The notes below the pieces were generated by a model. The model was not told the origin of the DNA. It was given only the letters and a program-made list of their open reading frames with translations, and did not search any database. DNA of 64,000 nucleotides from Eledone cirrhosa (taxonomy: Eukaryota): the NCBI GenBank assembly GCA_964016885.1, contig OZ024740.1, forward strand, positions 415,028,001 through 415,092,000. Direction: 5' to 3'. Position 1 is the stretch's first letter, and the number at the start of each line of letters is the position of its first letter. A program made the translations under genes and the position numbers. Below, one piece after another: positions 51,880 to 64,000 of the stretch.

Positions 51880-52085
51880 TTTGAGGTCGTTCCCCTAGCA
51901 GTGGAGACTTCTGGTGTCCTCGGCCCCAGGGCTACCTCCTTACTCACCGCCATAGGTGCTGAGTTGGCCAGCCGCAGGTGTGAGCCCCGCGAGTTGGAGT
52001 GGCTTTTCCAGCGCGTCTCCCTTGCCGTCCTCCGGGGAAACGCCTTCTCCATTCTGTTCGCCGGGGCTGTGGGTGGGCCCCATCG
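51880..52085 (+). mobile_element. CRE-like RLE 3' fragment
   Basis: VETSGVLGPRATSLL...EWLFQRVSLAVLRGNAFSIL. Confidence 0.8.
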
Positions 52086-52554
52086 CGTACCAATACATTA
52101 GTTAAATACCATTCTTTCATCTGATACAACACAATAAAGATTAAAGTGTTTTAAAAAAAAAAAAATAGATGTGTGGTGTTGAGGAAATAAACGATGAGAG
52201 GATACACACACACAGTGAATCTAACAGCCACTAGCTTCAACCAAACTTTCATCATATTGTGTTGGACAGATATAGATATATAAAAAGTACATGGTAAAAT
52301 GACAAGTCAGTCAATCATGTTGATGGCCTCTCCACAGCCCCGGCGGAAAGAATCGGCTTTTCTATTCCAATTTTGTTGTGCAATTTTCTATCAGTGCCTA
52401 CTTTTATTTTGTTTATCAGCAGTTGCCATCATTCGATGAGGATTAAAAATAATTGTTTCTACTTTACGCACAAGGCCAATCCACCGCCCTTGATGATTAA
52501 AAATAATAAAATAGGATTTACGAAGGTTTGGAAATTTCAAATTTCAACTATAAT

Positions 52555-52734
52555 AATTGTTTCTACTTTTGGCACAAGGCCAGCAATTATTTCAGTGCAT
52601 TACTAATACTTTATTTAATCGACCCCGTAAAGATGAAAGGGAAAGTTAACCTCGGCGGGATTTGAACTCAGACCGTAAAGGGACGTAACTATGCTGGAAA
52701 GCATGGGGTCCGACTCTCCACCGATACTGCCAAT
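52555..52734 (-). mobile_element. SINE family A
   Basis: Reverse match to the 13023 consensus. Confidence 0.85.
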
Positions 52735-53011
52735 AATACTTGATCACTATAAAAGAATAGTTAAACAAATCGGTTAAAGTACGTCTGAAGACAGAAAAAA
52801 ATACGGAGACGAATCTCGGGACCTCTGTCAACAGTTTAGATGTCTTTGCACATATAAGCTCACATATCTGATGAGATGTCGAAAAAGAGTCGGGCTCCGT
52901 TACCTTGATTCTACCCAAAACTGATCGATATCAAAACAATTGTAATATACAAATAAAGTTTGTACATATGTTCGACACACACACACTCTCTCTCCCTCTT
53001 TCTCTCTTTAT

Positions 53012-53075
<64 letters not shown>

Positions 53076-53234
53076 TTAGTTATACTATTTATGGTTATGT
53101 AAACACAAAACCTTAAGCAGTTGTAAGTATTTTACACACACCCTAAATAGTGGTAGGCAGTAATGTATTACTACCTTATTACCAGTAAGTTAAGTAGCTC
53201 AATGTAAAAACATCAGATGATTTACAGAGCAGTT

Positions 53235-54386
53235 ATATGAAATATAAGAATCAAAGAACTGTTCAAAACATTATTGTGCTTACAGCTGTTTCCTCCAAAC
53301 CGAGGTTTGGATTCTTCGGAGCAATTTATTAATGCATGGACAGTTATATGACCTCCTTTTCAGCCGAGAGACATACCAATACATATTCAAACATTGATAC
53401 ATATTCAAACATTGTGGGTCAACATTCATTACAGAATTTAGAGTGGCAGTACACACTTCGAGATTACATTTATATTAATAGGTACAATCAAAAATCAAAG
53501 ATATAGGTTAAAGTACAACATGAAGATAAGTGGTTATATAGTGCAAATGTTATATGTGTGGCACGCATGTGCGTCTTGTTTATATAGTGTGGCAGAGAGA
53601 TATGTGTGGTAGAGGCACATAGGTAGGTAAATAAGAGTGTTAGGTTGGTAGATCTGGTGGCAAAGTCTTTATATGATTGATATAGTCTGTGTGTGGAGAA
53701 ATATTATAAGCATTAAAGATAGTGCAAGCATTAAAACTAAAGAACACCAGACTACGATCTCTAACTGGATTGTCGTGGATTATGTGAAAGGCATATAATC
53801 GAAATATACACTCCCTTGACCATGAAAATGCCGAAGTACATGAATTACTTGACATCCCTGCGCTGTGCATCTCCAATACTTATAACACTTTTAATGCTTG
53901 CACTATCTTTAATGCTTATAATATTTCTCCACACACAGACTATATCAATCATATAAAGACTTTGCCACCAGATCTACCAACCTAACACTCTTATTTACCT
54001 ACCTATGTGCCTCTACCACACATATCTCTCTGCCACACTATATAAACAAGACGCACATGCGTGCCACACATATAACATTTGCACTATATAACCACTTATC
54101 TTCATGTTGTACTTTAACCTATATCTTTGATTTTTGATTGTACCTATTAATATAAATGTAATCTCGAAGTGTGTACTGCCACTCTAAATTCTGTAATGAA
54201 TGTTGACCCACAATGTTTGAATATGTATCAATGTTTGAATATGTATTGGTATGTCTCTCGGCTGAAAAGGAGGTCATATAACTGTCCATGCATTAATAAA
54301 TTGCTCCGAAGAATCCAAACCTCGGTTTGGAGGAAACAGCTGTAAGCACAATAATGTTTTGAACAGTTCTTTGATTCTTATATTTC

Positions 54387-54390
<4 letters not shown>
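53235..54390. repeat. 502-bp inverted repeat with 152-bp spacer; probable inverted Penelope pLTR pair
   Basis: 53235-53736 is the reverse complement of 53889-54390, with no mismatch noticed in the stretches compared. Each arm holds a hammerhead-like motif near its outer end. Confidence 0.9.
54302..54348 (+). ncRNA. Minimal type I hammerhead-like motif (U4C variant); mirror copy at 53277-53323 (-)
   Basis: Stem I TGCT/AGCA, core CCGAAGA, stem II TCCAAAC-CTCG-GTTTGGA, GAAA, palindrome CAGCTG, GUA triplet. Confidence 0.55.
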
Positions 54391-54440
<50 letters not shown>

Positions 54441-54843
54441 TAGAAAAATGACTCGGTTGTGTTCTTTGCACATAAAATACAGTCCTTCTCTTTCCCTCTC
54501 AGACTTTGGCAAAGACGACAAAAAAAGTCCTGGATGGTGCCGCCATCATCTACTGCTTTCCCATTACCATCGTAAGTACTTCCTATGAGTATGATGGACA
54601 TATAGCTGCAGTTTACCGTGAGGTTTCTTAGTTGATGTGTGGGTCATATACATACCAGACCTTTTGATGGGGTCTACCTTGAAAAACTAAAGCAAGGTTG
54701 TGTAGGGAAGTGTCGGACATGACCAAAGAAATAGATATTTGGATTGATTCCCTTGGTCACTCAATAAAGAAGAAGGAACTATTTCCCCATTTTTACGTCT
54801 AAGGTTCAAAAGTTCAATTCAATTAACTTTCAGCCAAAACTGC

Positions 54844-56875
54844 ATATATTGTATCGGGGCAAGCTGTCACGTCTATGTGTCAACGTTATGTATCAGGGTA
54901 ATCTGTCACGTCTATGTGTCAACGTTATGTATCGGGACAAGCTGTCACGTCTATGTGTCAACGTTATGTATCGGGGCAAGCTGTCACATCTATGTGTCAA
55001 CGTTATGTATCGGGACAAGCTGTCACGTCTATGTGTCAACGTTATGTATCGGGGCAAGCTGTCACATCTATGTGTCAACGTTATGTATCGGGACAAGCTG
55101 TCACGTCTATGTGTCAACGTTATGTATCAGGGTAAGCTGTCACGTCTATGTGTCAACGTTATGTATCGGGGTAAGCTGTCACGTCTATGTGTCAACGTTA
55201 TGTATCAGGGTAAGCTGTCACGTCTATGTGTCAACGTTATGTATCGGGGTAAGCTGTCACGTCTATGTGTCAACGTTATGTATCGGGGCAAGCTGTCACA
55301 TCTATGTGTCAACGTTATGTATCGGGACAAGCTGTCACGTCTATGTGTCAACGTTATGTATCGGGACAAGCTGTCACGTCTATGTGTCAACGTTATGTAT
55401 CGGGGCAAGCTGTCACATCTATGTGTCAACGTTATGTATCGGGACAAGCTGTCACGTCTATGTGTCAACGTTATGTATCGGGGTAAGCTGTCACGTCTAT
55501 GTGTCAACGTTATGTATCGGGGCAAGCTGTCACATCTATGTGTCAACGTTATGTATCGGGACAAGCTGTCACGTCTATGTGTCAACGTTATGTATCGGGA
55601 CAAGCTGTCACATCTATGTGTCAACGTTATGTATCGGGACAAGCTGTCACGTCTATGTGTCAACGTTATGTATCGGGGCAAGCTGTCACATCTATGTGTC
55701 AACGTTATGTATCGGGACAAGCTGTCACGTCTATGTGTCAACGTTATGTATCAGGGTAAGCTGTCACGTCTATGTGTCAACGTTATGTATCGGGGTAAGC
55801 TGTCACGTCTATGTGTCAACGTTATGTATCAGGGTAAGCTGTCACGTCTATGTGTCAACGTTATGTATCGGGGTAAGCTGTCACGTCTATGTGTCAACGT
55901 TATGTATCGGGGCAAGCTGTCACATCTATGTGTCAACGTTATGTATCGGGACAAGCTGTCACGTCTATGTGTCAACGTTATGTATCGGGACAAGCTGTCA
56001 CGTCTATGTGTCAACGTTATGTATCGGAGCAAGCTGTCACATCTATGTGTCAACGTTATGTATCGGGACAAGCTGTCACGTCTATGTGTCAACGTTATGT
56101 ATCGGGGTAAGCTGTCACGTCTATGTGTCAACGTTATGTATCGGGGCAAGCTGTCACATCTATGTGTCAACGTTATGTATCGGGACAAGCTGTCACGTCT
56201 ATGTGTCAACGTTATGTATCGGGACAAGCTGTCACGTCTATGTGTCAACGTTATGTATCGGGACAAGCTGTCACGTCTATGTGTCAACGTTATGTATCGG
56301 GACAAGCTGTCACGTCTATGTGTCAACGTTATGTATCAGGGCAAGCTGTGACGTCTCTGGTGTCAACCTCCTTATGTATCAGGGCAACTGTCACATCTCT
56401 GGTGTCAACCTCCTTATGTATCAGGGCAACTGTCACATCTCTGGTGTCAACCTCCTTATGTATCAGGGCAACTGTCACATCTCTGGTGTCAACATTAAGT
56501 ATCAGGACAACCGTCACATCTATGGTGTCAACATTCTTATGTATCAGAGCAAGCTGTCATGTCTCTGGTGTCAACCTCCTTATGTATCAGGTCAAGCTGT
56601 CATGTCTCTGGTGTCAACCTCCTTATGTATCAGGACAAGTTGTGACGTCTATGGTGTCAACCTCCTTATGTATCAGGACAAGTTGTGACGTCTATGGTGT
56701 GAACATATTTATGTGTCATGACAAGCTGTTATGTCTATGGGTCAACATTATGTATCATGACAAGCTGTTAAATCTCTGGTGTCAACATTCTTATGTATCA
56801 GGACAAGCTGTCATGGCTATGGTGTCAACTTCCTTATGTATCAGGACAAGCTATGACGTCTCTGGTGTCAACATC
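54844..56875. repeat. 39-bp minisatellite (about 38 homogeneous copies) grading into diverged 39-43-bp units
   Basis: Unit TATGTATCGGGACAAGCTGTCACGTCTATGTGTCAACGT; flanked by CAGCCAAAACTGC at 54831-54843 and 56876-56888. Confidence 0.97.
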
Positions 56876-57689
56876 CAGCCAAAACTGCGACGATGAAGAG
56901 CCAGTCACAAAGATTGTAGTTCACGCACTACATTGGGGGTGGGGGGGGGGGTATTCATAAACTTACCGTAAACACATGTCGTTGTTATCTCCGGTTAGCA
57001 TAATCCATTATCTGGTTGTAACTCAACATTTAGCTGATGCCAGGGATGGTGTGGGTGGTGGCTTGGAATGAGCAAAAATAGGGTTTATTACATTAACTCT
57101 TTCTCTGCCAGGATCGCAAGTATTATGTATTTTCTACTCATAGTCAGGTTGTAACCTAACATTGCTTTCAATGACAAGGGCAAGAGTCGGTTTGGCAAGA
57201 CTGACAGATCTATAATGATGTTACAGAAACATTTGTCTTTAGCTGGTCATATTTGAGCTCTGTCAACGAGACAAGAAGTTAGAAAAAGTCAAGTAATGAG
57301 TAAATTGTTACTCAAAAGCAATGCACTACACCAGTATGTCTGACACGCAGTATATCAAGCAAGAATCTGGATAACGAGCACACATACAAAAGTAGTGATT
57401 TCTTCTCTACATGATTTTGCCTGGACCAAGATAGCAGAGACATAGGACCTACTTTGCTTTTTCAGATGATGCAGACATCTGATCAAATAATCCCGTAAAG
57501 AAGTCTGCAACGACTGCATATGTACCAAGTATATCTGAACAGTTCATCACTTTCAAGTGAAAATGTACTCTATAGGACATTAATCAGTGATAGAGACATA
57601 ACAAAACAATATTACATACTTGATGAGAAACTATGGCTTGGTACAGGAAATATTTGTTTGAAAATTCTGTCTGGAAAATTTAAATAGCT

Positions 57690-58666
57690 GTACTTATTCT
57701 AATAAGCTGTACCTTGAGATAAAAAGGACAGATCCTGAACACTATAGATCTTTCCTGCAATCAGATCTGGACACAATGCAACAATGGATCACGGACTGGC
57801 AACTCAAGTTGGCTGTGGACAAGTGTACCACCATGCATTTTGGGAGTAAAAACCCAGCGTCCACATACTCCCTCCACAACACTAATACCAAGAAGTCTTC
57901 TTGTGAACGAGACCTGGGCATTACTGTCAGCAGCGATTTGTGTTGGACGAAGCACGTCTCTAAAATTGTCAAGAAGGCCGAGGGTGTCTTGGCATCACTC
58001 AGCAAGACCTTTGTCAGCCGCTCTCCAGCTATCTATTTAAAGCTGTATATAGCTATGGTGCGGCCACACTTAGAATTTGCATCACCAGTCTGGAACCCTT
58101 ATCTTGCTCAGACCAATAACCACCTGGAAATTGTTCAGAGACGTGCAACCAAGCGAATACCCTCCATCAGGCATCTATCATACTCTGAACACCTTACTTC
58201 CCTGGGCATGGATACATTGAAGTTCCGACGTCTGGCAACTGACTTGGTAAACACCCACAAAATCATTAACCATCTTACCAACAACAACCCTGAGCACCTT
58301 TTAGATTTCCATGTGTCTAACACCGTGGGCATGTCCTCAAAGTCAGAAAACAGCACAGCTTCCATGATTTTCAGAAACATTTTTTCACGCTCAGAGTTGC
58401 TGAAGCATGGAACAAATTATCTGTATCAGTTGTTAGCTGTCGGGACGCTGCATTCTTTAAAACCTCCATGCTTCCTGAGATTCGCCAACACTACACCTGA
58501 TGTGTCCCCCCCTCCATATACACGCACACATGTATATCATGACTCATACACTGTTCATTTTCCTGACATTTGTACATTATTCAATGTACTATACATGCAC
58601 CTTTGATGATTTGAAGTGCACCTGAGCACTGTACACAATAATTGCATTATTATTATTATTATTATT
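57690..58666 (+). mobile_element. CR1-type LINE, 5'-truncated, with 3' UTR and (TTA)n tail
   Basis: LQSDLDTMQQW..DWQLKL.VDKC..MHFG, ERDLGI, LYIAMVRPHLEFASPVWNPY, LEIVQRRATK; (ATT)n at 58646-58666. Confidence 0.9.
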
Positions 58667-58852
58667 GGTGGATTGACAGTACGGTAGAGGGTCGGACGCC
58701 ATGCTTTGCAGCAAAGAGTTACGGCCCTTGCCATTCTGAGTTCAAACCCCGCCGAGGTTAACTTTGCCTTTCATCCTTACGAGGTCGATAAAATAAAGTA
58801 CCAGTAATGCACTGGGTAATTGCTGGCCTTGTGCCAAACGTAGAAACAATTA
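58667..58852 (+). mobile_element. SINE family A inserted in the LINE tail
   Basis: Matches the 13023 consensus; (ATT)n on both sides. Confidence 0.85.
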
Positions 58853-60678
58853 TTATTATTATTATAAATGTCACGAACTTTGAGCTTTGTATGACTCCCA
58901 GGACGCGGGAACAGCGGTATTTTGTCCCCAAAAAATGTCGGTCGTCTGCCATGAATTTCTTTATTAATAACATTTTGTTTTTGTTCTTTATTTTTTTCAA
59001 TAATATTTTAATGCATACTAAACAAAATAACAACAAAAACGGGGTTGTTTAACTCCATGTCAGGCTTGATCGAGCAGATCTCTGATCAAAGGTGTGTTTA
59101 TATAATTTTACATATTTTTATATCTAGGCCTACGTTGTCCAGTGTATACTTTTTTTTATTTATTCAAGACGGTAAATGTAAATTAAGAGAGGTTTGGCTT
59201 TTATCACTCCTAGGTCAAACGACTGGGCAGAAGCCTGGATCAAAATTAGGGTTAAACAATATTCTACTTCAGGAATCAAACTTGTGGTGAGAATTATCCC
59301 AATTCGGACCATTCCATCATTTTAGAGCCGAGGTTTAAGGGATATTCGGCTGTCACTTCTAGCAGTTCGAGTGACCGCATAGAGACTGTTTCACTGACTC
59401 GAGGCGTAAAGTGGAGTGTTCTAATCTCGAGTGGTTTTCTAATTACATTCTAAACAATACCAATGGAATATTTTCCACAGTGCAAACACAAATGTTACAT
59501 TCGAGCGCTTTGAAGCTGCCATTGACTTGTCAGAAGCAGCAGACAAATATCCTCCAAATCACACTTTATTGTTTATAAAAAATAGAGGAAGGATACTTTG
59601 GCTAATGTGGCACCAGATACTCATGTGTCTGAATAAAAAGGATGGTCACGGGTGGAGCGTCTTTGATCAATGGTCTCGGACAGAGTTAAGATTTAAACTG
59701 GATAAAGACTAAGCTATGACAACAACAATGTAACAAATATTGGAGAGAATCCGTCTAGAATGTATTGAGGCGGGGAAAGCTATTTAAGTCAGTGAGACTA
59801 AATTGTTTTAATTTTTTTTTCGTTTATTGTTTTCCAAAGTGATTTGATTTCTATGGTGTCGTGTTTAGTGTAGACGGTCATGAGGACAATTTTACGGCAG
59901 TACTCCAGTAAAGAAAGAATATAGGAATGATGACATTTTGAACTTTCGAAATGAAAATAATTGATATCTTATGAGCAGGACCGGAGCTATTATTAAGGCC
60001 AACTAGGCAGCCGTGTAGGGCGCAGATCTCAGAGAGGCACATTATTGAACCTTAAAGGATTACACTTGTATACAAATTTGTGTAATTAAATCAAATATAT
60101 AATAATTTCCTGTAATCAATAAATAAATCGCCAAATATCTTTGCCACGTAACAGAGTTGTAAAAATATCCAAAGTGACCGAGAGTTGTACGGTGTTACGT
60201 CCTATCACATGATTTGGCGTGGATGGTTGCGGGCAATGTAGTGGAAAATGTAAGTTTAGTAATTTTCTTAACAAACTGTAAGTTGGAATTATTTTATTTC
60301 GGAAAATGGGATGCATAACTCGGAGAAGGGATGCACATTGTATAGCTAGCCTAGGGTATTAAATACCCAGGCTCTGGCTTTACTTGTCAGGCAAAACCAA
60401 CTATAATGTTAATGTGGATTTTCTAGCATAGGTTATTAAAAACAAGGTTGCTGATAATTCTGTGTGAGGCTTCTTTAAAGGAAGGAGAGTATGTTTGTTT
60501 CTCCCTATTTGTTTATGCTTGTTTTCTGACATAGATGAGTTCAGTATAATATTCTGTTTGGCTTACTGAGCTACAACATGGCGTGTGTTTCATACCTTCT
60601 TCTGCTACGTTGTTGTCCTCCAGAATATGTATGTATAATACACACACATGAATGTTATGTGAACACACACACACACAC

Positions 60679-60816
<138 letters not shown>

Positions 60817-60960
60817 GTATATATATATGTATTTGTGCAAATATATACGTACACACATAAATACACACACATACATACTTATATGGAACTGAATATCCGT
60901 GTGTGAGTATTCATTTTTATTCTCTAAAGCTAAATAGACCCCCTTCTGGTTGTTACTAGT

Positions 60961-62169
60961 TCAAGTTGACTGTTCAGCCCAGGCAGACTTTGTTTTTAAA
61001 CGTGATGACGAAAGTTCTCTGTTTACAGGTCGTTTATCAGACCAATTATTTGCTAATTTCATTTGTATTCGGTTTAACTTAGTGAACATTTTCTGAAAAT
61101 GTTGATTGATAAGTGTGTCTGGCCAACGACCTTTAACAATGCTATATGCATCTTGTAGAGACATTCCCTGACATGTAATGAGATATTGTATTGCTGCGAC
61201 TGGCGCTCGAACTCGACTGTGTTCACTAAAAATTAGAGTTGCTCGACCTAATTCTTTAGAGCCATTTATGAATTTATTTATCATTGGGAAATGGTCTTGA
61301 ATCCGATTATGATCTGTACTGTCTACATTCACATACAGTTTAGGATGTGCGTGATTGTCTCGTTTTGAACAGGTGCACGGACACGCTAGATTTATGTGGT
61401 CGGTACTATTTAAATTCGTTATATCGACTAACGAATGAATATCCAATTTGCAGAGAAGTCTCTGGTCATTTGCAGCCTCCACACGACCAACGTACAAATA
61501 CGGTGTAATCTGCGCTATGTTTTCGTTACAATCCAATGGTTGAGATTGACTTTTCATTAATAATATTCGCTGTGAAATCGTCTTGTCAAGAAGACTAGAC
61601 GTACTTAAATGTTTGTTTTCTTGTGTAAGATTGAAATGAATTCCCGACTGACAGCTATCGTCACTACGAGATCTCGTTAAACTGGTAACGAAAATATCTG
61701 GGACCATCAAGGTGGCATTAGGGTCTGGAGATTTGTTGCGATTAGACGCCGAATACTTCGCGCTTGAAGATCGTTTATTGTACTTTCCTTCATTAACTTT
61801 ATCTTTGTCAAGCTGTAACTGTTCATCTCGGCTGTTCAGATTTGGACATGACATGTACAGATTCTTTTTACTGACCGTCCTCACCTGATCTTGTCGTTTT
61901 TTACTGGAAAATAACGAATGTAGAAAGTCCCCGATGCCTGTTTGCTGGGAGCGTCGTTTTTTCAGAGTTTTATGTTCATTGAATTGTGTTGGTACCGATA
62001 ACTGCTTCCTAATCAACACTCGATGATCACTTGAGTTTGGTCTGACATTATTATCTTCGTCCGAGACATCAGTCACAGTTAGGTTTTCTGTGAACAAATC
62101 CCTATCACTCATTGGACCGACAGATATGGTCCTCGTAAGTTTCTTACGAGCTATGTATACAGTAGTCAT
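60961..62169 (-). CDS. Atypical dual-specificity phosphatase-fold protein, predicted catalytically inactive (402 aa)
   Basis: Uninterrupted non-repetitive ORF. DSP domain: IAQITPYLYVG, L.KLDIHSLVDIT, IQDHFPMINKFI, TLIFSEHSRVRAPVAAIQYLI, MSLQDAYSIVK..WP...IN.HF..M. Acceptor TTTCACTACTTTCAG at 62187 lies just upstream of ACAATG, so an upstream exon (UTR or coding) is likely. Confidence 0.85.
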   Translation of the reverse strand: MTTVYIARKKLTRTISVGPMSDRDLFTENLTVTDVSDEDNNVRPNSSDHRVLIRKQLSVPTQFNEHKTLKKRRSQQTGIGDFLHSLFSSKKRQDQVRTVSKKNLYMSCPNLNSRDEQLQLDKDKVNEGKYNKRSSSAKYSASNRNKSPDPNATLMVPDIFVTSLTRSRSDDSCQSGIHFNLTQENKHLSTSSLLDKTISQRILLMKSQSQPLDCNENIAQITPYLYVGRVEAANDQRLLCKLDIHSLVDITNLNSTDHINLACPCTCSKRDNHAHPKLYVNVDSTDHNRIQDHFPMINKFINGSKELGRATLIFSEHSRVRAPVAAIQYLITCQGMSLQDAYSIVKGRWPDTLINQHFQKMFTKLNRIQMKLANNWSDKRPVNRELSSSRLKTKSAWAEQST

Positions 62170-62347
62170 TGTGCTGCACTGCCAACCTGAAAGTAGTGAA
62201 ATAAACAAATGTTAGTCATTTTGCCGAGTTACACAATTTCTTTCTTCCTTCACCCCTCTCCCTCTCTCTCGCTCTCTCTCTCTCTCTCGCTCTCTCTCAT
62301 ACACACATACACACGCTATCTATCTACCACACTCTTTCCACTCACTC

Positions 62348-62399
<52 letters not shown>

Positions 62400-62606
62400 A
62401 CGACACTCGTACACAGAACAGTGTCGTCATTGAAATATATATCACAGCATTATTATTAAAGGACTTGAACATCTAAACTACCTCGCTTTTATATATATAT
62501 AATGAAGGAATTGTGGTAAGGAACCAGATGGACCATAACGCACCAGAGTACTCAGTCCAGAAATAGCCGTCAAAACGGCTTGAGCTCTGCCGTCGGAGTC
62601 ATACAT

Positions 62607-62663
<57 letters not shown>

Positions 62664-62665
<2 letters not shown>

Positions 62666-63592
62666 ATACATTAACAGAGAAAGCCTTAAGCTATACTCTG
62701 ACTGGCTTCCATCTCACTCAACAAACATTAGGATATACCTTAGTATAATCCCAATTTTACGTTTGGGGTGCTAACTATATGTATTTTGCGGAAGGCCAGT
62801 AGTATTATTTTATATGAGACATAATTAAAATATATCTCCTTTTCCAAACAATTGTTTCATTACAAGTTTTCTACAAGTTGGGAGAATGTGTCCGGGTTAT
62901 GTAGAAGCCTTCACAACATTCCGTAGGAATATATGCAGGTGGCACTTATAAATCATCAGTGGATGCCCGTCAAACATCGATATAAAAAAAACTTCTCTTA
63001 CCGATGTTTTAATCCCATGTCAGTGATTGTCTCTTTCCGTATCAGAATGACCGCCAAATTTGAAATTCCAGCAGTCTCAGAATGAGGAGTCTCACACTGT
63101 CTTCAAGCGGAAAGGGGAGGTAATCGCGAAACACAAGGATTTAAAATAATATACACATGGGTCAATTAATTTTTTCAACAATTTTAACCTTGCGTGTGAA
63201 GAACTCAATTAGACTTTAAAAAAAATAAATATATGCATGTATTATTTATACACGCATACAGGTATTTTCTTAGGCTAAAAACAGAGATATGATACCAGAA
63301 TAACAATCAATATTACATAGTAATAATAAATACGGAAAGTTACGCTTAAAAGGTATCTGGAAGTATTTATCTCAGACCAAATCAATACATTAACAGAGAA
63401 AGCCTTAAGCTATACTCTGACTGGCTTCCATCTCACTCAACAAACATTAAGATATACCTTAGTATAATCCCAATTTTACGTTTGGGGTGCTAACTATATG
63501 TATTTTGCGGAAGGCCAGTAGTATTATTTTATATGAGACATAATTAAAATATATCTCCTTTTCCAAACAATTGTTTCATTATAAGTTTTCTA
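62664..63592. repeat. 210-bp near-identical direct repeats 719 bp apart
   Basis: 62664-62873 versus 63383-63592 (CAATACATTAACAGAGAAAGCC...AAGTTTTCTA), with about 2 differences noticed. Confidence 0.9.
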
Positions 63593-64000
63593 ATATATAT
63601 ATTACTTGTGTTTGTTTAATAACTCTGGTCGAGAGCTTCTTATTCGGTATGTTGAACAGAATCAATTCCTTTGTTCACACTTTGAATTTGCCCGCCAAAA
63701 ACCCGGATGTGTTATCTCCTCTGCTGGAGAATGAGCACGTGACAGTGACACAGTGTCTGCTACTATTAGTAATTTACTGCTACGCTTCACACCGGTCATA
63801 GGCACAGAAACAGAAACCTGTTGATAACGTGAGTCCGCGTTTCAGTCTACAAACTTGCATATTGCGCAAGTCGGATTGTTGATTTTGGATTCATAAAAAC
63901 CAATTGAGGATATTGTATAATACCCCTCGATACGGTCCAGGTTTGTTATTTAACCTGATTGTATTTTCGCGGATATTGGCTGACTGCCACAGCTTCGATT

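Noticed and set aside
54849-56896. 500-603-aa ORFs with 13-aa Cys-containing repeats
   Set aside because: They are translations of a 39-bp tandem unit open in several frames on both strands, with no unique domain, so there is no evidence of coding function.

Overview
AT-rich, repeat-saturated animal genomic DNA. The tRNA-derived SINE families, RTE LINEs and long (TA)n runs point to an octopod cephalopod (inference). Two host genes can be reconstructed, both on the minus strand. (1) A three-exon calmodulin-sized EF-hand gene (exons 37011-36862, 27899-27805, 23359-23158; 148 aa, GT-AG introns with matching phases) that the ORF track shows only in pieces. (2) A dual-specificity-phosphatase-fold gene whose coding sequence appears to lie in one exon (ATG 62169 to stop 60961, 402 aa); its catalytic HCxxGxxR motif reads FSEHSRVR, so it is a predicted pseudophosphatase. 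The rest is mostly transposon debris: RTE, CR1, CRE-like and Penelope retroelements, a Gypsy pol fragment, a decayed Rep/helicase Helitron heading a chain of head-to-tail Helitron termini, an internally deleted mariner, and hAT, piggyBac and Tc1-type MITEs. There are also many SINE copies and four large tandem arrays. Notable structures include several Penelope-type minimal hammerhead ribozyme motifs (one with an intact core at 12683-12748), a 502-bp inverted repeat, and a 39-bp satellite array flanked by a 13-bp direct repeat resembling a target-site duplication. No CRISPR, rRNA or genuine tRNA gene was seen. All family assignments come from motif recognition by eye, not database searches, and most element boundaries are approximate.
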